Below the pieces are notes generated by a model. It ran no database searches. It saw only the letters and a list, made by a program, of their open reading frames with translations, and was not told the DNA's origin. A DNA stretch of 64,000 nucleotides from assembly GCA_000934665.2 (NCBI GenBank), contig JYFJ02000417.1, positions 62,001 to 126,000 of the forward strand, read 5' to 3'. Shown in pieces: positions 46,483 through 56,113 of this stretch. The position numbers and the translations under genes are program-made. Every line of letters begins with the position of its first letter. Position 1 is the first letter of the stretch. The DNA is from Catajapyx aquilonaris (taxonomy: Eukaryota).

Positions 46483-48887
46483 TTACTCGTAATTGGCTAT
46501 GAGGAACATCATTCCCACGCCCAGAAGGAGAGCCACGATTTCTTTGACCGACTGCGAGAACTTTGTGTCCTCGAGCAGCTCCGGGATTACGGAGACGGTT
46601 GCGACGTATATGAATCCGCCCGCTGTGAACGGAAGGATCCAGGCGGTTGCGGCTCCCCCGACGCCCTCGGCTAATAAGGAAACGGTCGTGCCGGCCAGCG
46701 CGCCCAGAGCCGTCGTCAGCTGCAGCAGCATCGCCTTCCGTTTGCTACATCCGGACTGGATCAGTATTGCGAAGTCGCCGATCTCATGCGGAACCTCATG
46801 AAGCAGCACGGTTGCCGTCGTGGCCATCCCGACCTTGTTGCCAGCCAGATACGACGCACCAATGGCCAGTCCGTCCGTAAAGTTGTGCGCGAAATCGGCA
46901 GCCAGGTTGAGATATCCAGCCACCTTCATATCGCCGCCACCTCCACCTGTAAGCCATGTTAGAACAAAAGAATTGGCATCGCAAACATTGTTTGTAATAA
47001 TACTAAGCTGAATGAAACCAGCGGATCGTACCGGCTTTCTTGTTGTTCCCGCCGCTTTTCTTTCCCTTTCCATCTCCGCCGCCTTTCGCCGATTGCGACT
47101 GTGAATGCGAGTGGGCATGTCCGCCCTTCATGATCCGCACCAGCTTTTCCACAGTCAGGAAAGCGACGACCCCGCTCAGCACATACAATCCGACGCTCAT
47201 ATCGTGCGGTCCGCCCTCATGCGAATGCGAGTGCGTATGGCCGCCTTTCCCGCCCGACTCCTGCAGCGCATGTGGGATCAGATGAAGGAAAGCGTCTCCG
47301 AGCAACCCGCCGGATGCGAAGCTCAGCAGGATCTTCAAAAAGGGCCGCTTCTCCTTCGTGTTGTCCAACGGAACCAGAAACAGTACCATGAACGGTGCGG
47401 CACTGATCAGTACGGTCGACACATACGCCTGGATCCACATACTGTTGGTGTCCGCCTCGCTCCGAGTGGCCTAAGAAAGTGGCATTACATTAAACACATG
47501 TCACCGCATCTGGGGGTTACATATTATATCAAGATGTATGTCTGTACGTTCTCAATGCAAATCAATACGGAGGCCTCCACATATGCCTAATGGTGATCAT
47601 TAGGGGTAGTTTTCAACAGGGAAGGTTTGTGCCCCAGGGTGGTCATTAGGGGTAGTTTTTAAAGGGGAAGGTTTTTGCCCAAGGGTGGTCATTAGGGGTA
47701 GTTTTTAAAGGGGAAGGTTTTTGCCCAAGGGTGATCATTAGGGGTAGTTTTTAATGGGGACGGTTTTTGCCCGATGGTGGTCATTAGGGGTAGTTTTTAA
47801 TGGGGAAGGTTTTTGACCAAGGGTGTTCATTAGGGGTAGTTTTCACCCTTGGGCATCTGTGGAGTCCTCCGTATTGATTTGTATCGACAACGTACATAGT
47901 GTATTTCATAACCAGAGCAACGCCGGGTATACTTCTAGTTACACAAATAAAATGATATAAAGTTAATTAATTATTTAAATAAACACATGTCATTTCCCAA
48001 TCACCTTTTCCTGTTTGGTGTCATGCGGTGCCTCATTTGCCTGCCTGCTGTACTTGAACGAGGGGTTCTCATCGTGTTCCTCCGCGTCGTGCGAGTGACC
48101 GTGACCTCCGTGCGACCTGCAGAGGGAGGGCAAGGTCAGCAGGATGACCAGGAAGAGGANGTAGTTTTTAATGGGGAAGGTTTTTGACCAAGGGTGTTCA
48201 TTAGGGGTAGTTTTTAACGGGGAAGGTTTTTAGCTCATTGGATTTGACCTCCGAGGTCATCCTAGGTCGCAGTAAGCGAATAGGCAGAAAAGCAGGCCTA
48301 CCCTGTGACATCAATGAGTCACTCTCATAATTAATTGATGTGACAGAGTAACTTGTTGATATCACAGTGTCACCAATGACTGCATTTCCATGAACAATAA
48401 AGGGTAGGCCTGCTTTTCTGCCTTGTCGCCTGCTGCGGCCAAGGATGACCTCAGAGGTTAAGTCCAATGTGCTTAAAAACTTCCCCGTTAAAAACTACCC
48501 CTACAGGGGTAGTTTTCACCCTTGGGCATCTGTGGAGTCCTCCGTATTGATTTGTATCGACAACGTACATAGTGTATTTCATAACCAGAGCAACGCCGGG
48601 TATACTTCTAGTTACACAAATAAAATGATATAAAGTTAATTAATTATTTAAATAAACACATGTCATTTCCCAATCACCTTTTCCTGTTTGGTGTCATGCG
48701 GTGCCTCATTTGCCTGCCTGCTGTACTTGAACGAGGGGTTCTCATCGTGTTCCTCCGCGTCGTGCGAGTGACCGTGACCTCCGTGCGACCTGCAGAGGGA
48801 GGGCAAGGTCAGCAGGATGACCAGGAAGAGGAGGACCGAGGCCAGAAGGCGACGGGCACTCGGACTCAACACAATGGGCGCCGCCAT
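46483..48887 (-). CDS. SLC39A7: LIV-1-type zinc transporter ZIP7 (SLC39A7/KE4/Catsup), about 370 aa. Exons 48887-48678, 47470-47032, 46946-46483
   Basis: Signal peptide, His-rich [102 protein letters not shown]. Confidence 0.96.
47541..47897. mobile_element. Inverted-repeat element in ZIP7 intron 1 enclosing a 43-bp tandem array
   Basis: GTACGTTCTCAATGCAAATCAATACGGAGGCCTCCACATATGCC is inverted against GGCATCTGTGGAGTCCTCCGTATTGATTTGTATCGACAACGTAC. The interior holds about 6 copies of GGTGGTCATTAGGGGTAGTTTTTAAAGGGGAAGGTTTTTGCCCAA. Confidence 0.7.
47832..48832. other. 328-bp identical duplication (47832-48159 = 48505-48832) including most of ZIP7 exon 1, abutting an N
   Basis: The first copy stops exactly at the N at 48160. 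The two copies look identical by eye. Confidence 0.85.
48202..48503. mobile_element. ~300-bp MITE with ~100-bp TIRs
   Basis: TAGGGGTAGTTTTTAACGGGGAAG...GACCTCCGAGGTCATCCT...GGCAGAAAAGCAGGCCTACCCT versus AGGGTAGGCCTGCTTTTCTGCC...AGGATGACCTCAGAGGT...CTTCCCCGTTAAAAACTACCCCTA. Confidence 0.8.
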
Positions 48888-49300
48888 CTTTGGACACGTA
48901 ATCCGGCGGGCCGAATAAAGCATTAGCAGCTTACAAACATGTCAGAAGTCCGGGCCGAATGCAACCGAAGCTGCTTGGTGACGTCACAACATGCGAATTC
49001 GGACGCTGCGTAACGGTTTTTTTTCGCTAAAAATTAATTCCGGCAAATTTTAACAATTTGCATAGTACATCCTGCCGTTTCGCACCATTTAACGTGGCAT
49101 CGTTGCAACCCTGCAGTTAATCCCCATTTAGTTTGTTAATCAACAGTGGGTGCGTATTCGACAGCAGCCCAACAATTCAAAAAGGCGGCGACTGTTGAAA
49201 AGAAAAAACAAAAAAGGAAAACCGGTCCTCTCTTTATCCGGCTTTTTTGCGATTTTTTGGCGTGAATTCGCGACTCTCGGACCCGGATTCGGACAACAGG
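48888..49300. promoter_or_regulatory. Bidirectional promoter shared by ZIP7 and the KIF14-like gene
   Basis: Divergent ATGs are separated by 413 bp. A palindromic CRE TGACGTCA lies at 48979-48986 and a YY1-type AAGATGGCGG overlaps the ZIP7 start. Confidence 0.6.
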
Positions 49301-52300
49301 ATGATGCCCGGATCGGCAGGTAAACAACCACCACTTCAAAACCCGTTCTATTATTGAAATAATTGCAAAACAAATCAGTGACGTCATACGCAATTGACAG
49401 TTAATTGCGAAAATTTTGGCAATTTTTTTTAAGCAAATTGAGGCCAAGTACATACAGTGTGTACATGCACATAATATGTACATGACATTCATGTTGGTCT
49501 TGTACGAACGTACTTGTGCTGTACGTAACAATGCTCTTGAACAATCCTTGAACGCAATTAATTCATTTTATGTGTAATTGTTGATAATTCATTTCAGGAC
49601 CTTGCACTGTACTTGCACTGTACGTAACATTGCGCTTGAACAATAATTGTCCATACATATTTGTTCTGTACGTAGCACTGCGCTTATTGCACAATAATTG
49701 TACGTACATACTTGTAGTGTATGTCACACTGCGCTTGAACCGTACTTATACTGTACGTAACACTTCGCTTGTGCAATAATTGTACGTACGTACTTGTACT
49801 GTACGTCACACTGCACATGAACTGTACTTGTACTGTAGGTAACACTGCGCTTGAACAATAATTGTACGCAATTAATTCATTTTATGTGTATTTGTTGATC
49901 ATTCATTTTAGGACCTTGTACTGTACGTAACATTGCGCTTGAACAATAATTGTCCAGACTCACTTGTGTTGTACGTAACAATGCACTTGAACAATAATTG
50001 TATGCACGTACTTGTACTGTACGTCTCACTGCCCTTGAACAATAATTGTCTGTAGGTACTTGTACTGTACGTCGCACTGCGCTTGAACAATAATTGTGTG
50101 TACTTAATTGTACTGTACGTCCCACCGCACTTGAACAATAATTGTCCGCAATTAATTCATTTTATATACAATTATTGTTGATAATTCATTTTAGGACCTT
50201 ACACTGTACTTGAAGTGTACTTAACATTGCGCTTGAACAATAATTGTACGTACATATTTGTACTGTACGTAGCACTGTGCTTGAATAATAATTGTACGGA
50301 CTTGTAATGTACGTAACAATGCATTTGCACAATATATGTATGTACGTATTTGTACTGTACTTAACGCTGTCCATGAATAATAATTGTACAGACTGGTACT
50401 GTATGCAACAATGCGCTTGCACAATAATTGTCTGTACGTACTTGTACTGTACGTAACACTGCGCTTGAATAATAATTGTATGCAATTGTAGGAGCTGAGG
50501 ATGACCTGCCCCGTGCCAGCCACAACCGGGAGTCAACCCGGGTACGTGTTGCAGTACGGGTACGGCCGCCATCTCACGATGCAGGGCCCGATGCGGTGCG
50601 GGTACGGACCAAGAAAGAGCTGGGCGTGCACATACCGTCAGCCGGATCAGAGCTGCGGTTCCACTTTGACCTCTGCTTGACCCCCGACACGACCCAGGCG
50701 CAGACGCACGCACTGTTGGGGCGGCCGTTGCTGGAAGCCGCGTTTGCAGGGTACGACTCGTGTATGTTCGCATACGGTCAGACGGGATCAGGCAAGACGT
50801 ACAGTATGACCGGCGTGCACGGTAACGACGGGGTCGTACCCAGGCTGTGCCAGGAAGTGGCCGCACAAATCGTAGAATCAGACGAGGACGTGCAGGTTGA
50901 GGTCAGCCATTTGGAGGTGTACCGAGAGCGTATCCGTGACCTTCTGGCGGCTCCAAGTCCGGTCAAGCCTCGCACGCCCAAGACCCCAAGCTACAAAGGT
51001 ACGCCGCTATCGAAAACACCGACGGCACCCAGAACACCCGGGTTGAGAATCCGGGAGCATCCGGAGCTTGGCCCGTACGTCGCAAACCTGACCCGACACA
51101 AGGTCGCAGATTTTGTCGAAACACAGGTACATATATGTTCATAATTTATTTGCATTCTTGATACATAATTGCGGTTTACATTAAGAGTCTGCTGGCGACT
51201 GGGGAGCGACGAAGGGCGACCGCAGCGACCGGGATGAACGACAAGAGCTCACGATCGCACTCCCTGTTCACTATTCATCTCACCATGGCGCATGTACGTT
51301 CACTTGCGTAATTAACAGTACAGGGTGTAACACGATGCGGTTTTTCCCAGGACGAGATGATCGACAGCAAGTGGCACAAGGTGGTCCGGAAGAGCCGGAT
51401 CAACCTGGTCGACCTGGCAGGGAGCGAACGGGTCGATCGTGCGGACATGGATCCGGACAGACTCGAGGAAGGGATCAGCACGAACAAGTCGCTGCTGACC
51501 TTAGGAAAGGTCATCACATGTTTGGCCGAGCAGAAGTCGAATTCGAGGCGGAAAGTGTTCATTCCCTACAGAGACTCGGTCCTCACCTGGCTCCTGAAGG
51601 TCAGTTCTAGGATGGGTCAGTCTTTTTTTTTGCAGGGGGTCAAAAGGTCAGTTCATGAAGGAGGTGAAGTAGTTGAAGAAAGCCGGAAGCAGCAGGATAA
51701 CATGTCCGCCACACTTTCCGCACCGATGTTTCGGCTGCGTCTTCTTAACCAGCGGCTCCATCTCGTATAGGGCTGCCCCTGTTGCTTCCTGCCCCACCTC
51801 TGCCCCTAGCACAATACGGCCTCCGACCATCCCATGAATCTTCTCTCCGGCCGCCACAAACGAAAGCATATTAACGTGGGAAAAAATCGTGGCGTACTAA
51901 TCAAGTTTTGCAACTTTGTAAGCATTTTTGCGCACGTCCCATTCATATCTTATCTAATGTGACCTTCACTTTTTTGTTGTTGCGCTTTCATAAATTGCAA
52001 TGGTGTGTATAAAAAGGGGTAGAAAAATATATGCAAAGCAATGCGCATCAGGTGTCCTTATCGTGCAGCGTTATCCGGCTTATCGCTTTGCACACAGTCT
52101 TTTATCTCGTGAGAAGCTGGCCGATTCACGAGGCCGCCTCCGGGTTGGGTTTGCTGTCTGGGGGCTGCCCCTGGGCCGGGGGACTCTGCCCCAGGGCCGG
52201 ATCCTCCTCGGGTATGGCCATCCTGCAGGCCTTCGTGTTGCAGCGTAACAGCGAACGGTGCAGACGTGTTATCTTCCGTGGTCGCCCCCGGCCCAGGACA

Positions 52301-53820
52301 TGCTCCCAGTTCGGCCCCTTCTTCTGCCCCTGGGCCGGCTTCGGAGTTGTCCGCTCATCCTCGTACTCGACCTCTGCACATTACATTATTAGAATAACCG
52401 CTGAGATGTTCGAACATAACGACTCACCGGGACAGTAGACGTAAAAGTATCCCTGCACCTCCGAGATCCAGGACAGATGTGGGTACGACATGGTTCGATC
52501 CCGCAATTGAAAAGCTGCGTACCCTTCCAGCCTATTTTATCCCGAGGTTTATCTGAGGCCTTGTGTTGCTACGTGCGATACAGTGCGATGGGCGGTGTAT
52601 GTACAGTACAAGTGGGAGGCGGGGATCGAACCAACCCCCTCGAGAGAGCCCCGAGATTAGACAAAAGGATCAAACTCTCTTCCCGGTTCCCAGCTAATCG
52701 GGACTAGACAGGACCCCGTATAGAGAGAGGCACTTGACCTTTAACCCCGCTCTACTGTTCGATATCACTGGTTTTTGCATCGAGGATGGGGCAGCTCGGA
52801 GGTCGCGCCCTTAATTTAATCATTGCGACCAAGGAGATGAGCCTCAATGTTGTGATTGTGCGAATGACATCATGACGAGAGGGTCGTTCTGCTGTAATTA
52901 TGTCAACGGCTGCGTACTTTCCCACAGTAAAGCGATGTCGTTGGGCAAACGAGTTGCTCGCACTGAATGAGCGCAAAAACTATCCCGAAACAACTCATCA
53001 GCGATTGGTCGTTACATCATTGTTCGCTGCATCTTACAATGACGAACAAGATAATCTCATTATCTGATCACATGTTGTCTACTGATCTCGTCGCATGTAA
53101 ATGTTAGCACGTGCTTTCCATACACATGTTGCTGTCCGGTGACGAAGGTGCCGTCAAAACGAGGACGACTCGTGACTAAATATTTATCGGAAAAGTTCCA
53201 TCAATTTCGCAGGTTCATACCGGTACGAAAGGTACACATTTTTTTCTCCCCCATCACTGTACGTCTCCCATTTGTACATACAATGCTGAACTTCCCTATT
53301 GTTGCAGGAGAGCCTTGGGGGCAACTCCAGGACGACGATGCTGGCGACGGTGAGCCCCTGTGCGGCCCATGTCGAAGAGACGCTGTCGACGCTGCGGTAT
53401 GCGAACCTGGCCAGAAGCGTCGTGAACAGAGTGTGCGTCAACGAGGATCCCAACGCGAGACTCATAAGGTTCGTTACTTGCACCGGTTAATTGCGCATTC
53501 GTTAACACCATGCTTTTTTTTCCAGGGAGCTGAGGCGCGAAATTGAGGAGCTGAAGCTTGCCAATCACGTGCCGAGCAACGTGTCGCTTTTGCAGACAAA
53601 GGAGAAGGAGATGGAGGAACTGCAGGGGCGGATGGAGTCGGATGCCGCTGAGGAACCGGCGGCTGAGGGAACGAGGCGGCCCAGGCGGCGGATCAGCTCG
53701 TACAAGCGGTCGTCCCCGCCTCTGTACAGCTCCAACTTCCTGGAGGCCATCATGGCATGCCAGTTGGACCAAGGCGAAGTCGGGTTCAGAGTCTCAAGCG
53801 CACTACGGATCGACAGTTAA
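49301..53820 (+). CDS. KIF14: Kinesin-3, KIF14-like, short form of about 488 aa. Exons 49301-49319, 50492-51126, 51186-51293, 51351-51599, 53308-53468, 53526-53820
   Basis: [24 protein letters not shown] (P-loop), [23 protein letters not shown] (switch I), [11 protein letters not shown] (switch II), [48 protein letters not shown]...[29 protein letters not shown] and RYAN.AR are KIF14-like. Exon 1 is inferred from phase. Confidence 0.82.
49500..50490. repeat. ~44-bp minisatellite filling kinesin intron 1
   Basis: TACTTGTACTGTACGTAACACTGCGCTTGAACAATAATTGTACG units with a ~300-bp higher-order repeat (GCAATTAATTCATTTTAT at ~49555, 49869, 50148). Confidence 0.95.
52126..52491 (-). CDS. Putative two-exon orphan gene (103 aa, AT-hook-like GRGRPRK) nested antisense in kinesin intron 4. 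Exons 52491-52428, 52373-52126
   Basis: ACCATG start, G|GTGAGT donor, a 54-bp intron with CTAAT branch and TGCAG acceptor, phase match, and a GC-rich open frame ending in TGA. Confidence 0.5.
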
Positions 53821-53826
53821 CTTTAT

Positions 53827-54746
53827 TTATTCGCCCAACTTATAGTACTCGGAATAATCATAAGTGCGGGGCGGTACGTCGAACGAGAGCTTCCCGCTGT
53901 CTCGAGCCTTGTCGATTGCCACCAGCAGCTGGCGGTGCTTCATCTGGCACAGCCCCGTCTTGCTGCGGAAAAGACACACATTTCAGTATATCCAGTAAAC
54001 GGCTTTATCATGTACGGCTGTACCTGTAGCTGAGTACTTGTCCGTCATGCGGACTTATGAACTGTTTCAGCAAGTCCACGTTTGTGTGGTCCAGCACTAG
54101 GTACTCGTCCCTGCAGATCGGACAGGGGCTGCCCGTGGAGATCATGCCGCCTCGCTGTAATTTGTCGTTGTCATGTGTTTATAATGATTTCAATAAAAAT
54201 GTACTTACAACGCATGTTTTCCTTGTTTTGATGGGTGGAAATGCGCCTTTGTGGTTACGTCGGTACAGCGTCCACACCGGGTCGTCCCCGTACGTTTCCT
54301 TGTACGCTGTGGGCTGGTGTTACATCAAGCGTAATTGTTTGCAAATGTGATACGTACCTTTACTCTTCAAGTACGTCATGCTCGTTTCGACCGGTATGAC
54401 TTTAGTGCGATCCTTCGACGCATCACGAGCTGTGGTCTCCGGGTCAGGGTCAGCCGCTGGAGCCGCTTCCTCCTCTGCACGCAGGCATCCAGTTGTGCTG
54501 ATTGGTGCCACCTAGGTCAAAGGTCAACCCCAAAAAAAATGTTTCTCCCACATATTTCATCAAACAAATCCGGATTTTTCAGTCCCCCACTCATCCGGAC
54601 TGTCCTACAAATGCTGCCATATTCACCTGGATTGTCCATCTTGCCGTGTCCAAGCCGCGGGCAGAACCCGGGGCCAACAGGGGTGTCCTAAAAGCCCAAA
54701 ATTTCGTAAATTTTGAAGCCACCACGCTTAATCTGAGCGCCGCCAT
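53827..54746 (-). CDS. MRPS18B: Mitochondrial ribosomal protein S18B, about 212 aa. Exons 54746-54627, 54511-54358, 54306-54209, 54154-54024, 53962-53827
   Basis: Manual translation: MAALRLS...[139 protein letters not shown]. These are characteristic mS18b motifs and all phases are consistent. Confidence 0.95.
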
Positions 54747-55390
54747 TTTTTTAATTTAAAAAAAAAAAACGACGCCATCTTTAACTAAAATTTATTAAAT
54801 AATTTTAACAACCCGAACATACTGGAAGATACATTCGCCATAAAAATGTAATTAGCAAATGTGCATCACATTTATAATTAATTTGGAACCGAAAATTAGG
54901 CCATTCAAGGTCAACGCCCCGGTATTGGAACGCACTAAAACCTGATGTAGATTACACGGCGATTGTAGAGTGGCTGGCAATGAGGTCATATACGGCTTTA
55001 GTGTGCGCAGACACTGGGGAAAACCTGGTGCAAACATGGCCGCCAGATCTGACGTCACTACACATCATACGGACATCGTGTGGACCAACGGGCGTCAGGT
55101 TTTAGCGTACTGAAACGTCATCAGAGAACCGGATGTGATATCCGGTTGTAAATCCGAATCCGGAATGTACATTCCGTATTGTACAGCCATGTGTGTTCCA
55201 ACTTTACTTTACAATACGTAATAAAAGTCGTGTATGATATTAATGTGTAGGTGACTGTGCCGTTAATGCGTACAGTGACGTGATGTTCCGATTCCGATTC
55301 CGCCCCACCCACTCCCACCCCGTCGAGTCCCTGCGACTAGTCGTGTGGACCCCAAATCGAACGCTTCGTCATTCGGAGGAGAAAATAGGT
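54747..55390. promoter_or_regulatory. Bidirectional promoter MRPS18B / PNUTS, with a probable non-coding PNUTS exon ending at ~55388
   Basis: YY1-type CGCCATNTT / AACATGGC motifs (54741, 54773, 55033), CRE TGACGTCA at 55050-55057, and a strong donor AG|GTAAGT at 55389. Confidence 0.55.
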
Positions 55391-56113
55391 AAGTTGCAGA
55401 CCTCTGTGCGGATAATTCCCGGGAAAAATATTAATTTTTCCTCCCCCCCCCCCTTCAAAAAGTGTGTATTAGTGTGCAAAATTGTGGTTGTGTGACATTT
55501 TTCTTTATAACACCCTCCCCCATATTGCAACGACACTCACCGATGGAAATCCTTCCATTGCAGATGCGAGAGGAGGATTAAAAGAAAAAAAAAGGCAGAT
55601 CAACTCGTTCCCAACACTGCGTTTGTGTTCGACACCATAAAGAGGACTTGAGACGGGGGATACCAACCCAGCATAAACCCCCAAATTATTTATTTCTCAC
55701 TATTGTTTATATATAATATATATAAAAGGAAAAAAAAAGAAAAATAATAAGGCTGGACCCTACCCTCTTTATATAAACCAGAAACAAAAGGAAACAGGAG
55801 CATAAAGTGGTTTTTACATGTAAGTCATAAGTTTACTGGGTCCTATTCTTTAAATTTACAGATTTGGCATACACTTATTACATAAAAAGGCAGTTTTAGT
55901 AGCTTAAGTGCGACGCAATGCGTTTTTTTTCCATACATATAAATTGAAGGACGTACTATTCATAGAACAAGTAGGCAGGGTTGTAATGTCCGTTTTTTTT
56001 TTTTTCTTCTCCGTCCCTTTCCCCCCACCCTCTCCCCCACCCATTTTTTTCCGCCATTTTTCTATGGCAGGAGGCGCCCCTTGTGACAACCAACAAGACT
56101 GGCGGCCAAGAAA

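Noticed and set aside
47987..48187. Apparent tandem duplicate of ZIP7 exon 1
   Set aside because: It is an identical copy truncated exactly at an N, beside tandem repeats. Most likely a contig-overlap or haplotype assembly artefact.
579..48887. Functional metal-homeostasis cluster (Ctr + ZIP7)
   Set aside because: The genes are about 46 kb apart and separated by unrelated genes. Ancestral linkage explains it more simply.
51648..51780. Minus-strand CxxC-containing ORF (HRCGKCGG) as an alternative last exon of the nested micro-gene
   Set aside because: It is phase-compatible, but the acceptor lacks a pyrimidine tract and there is no recognisable homology.
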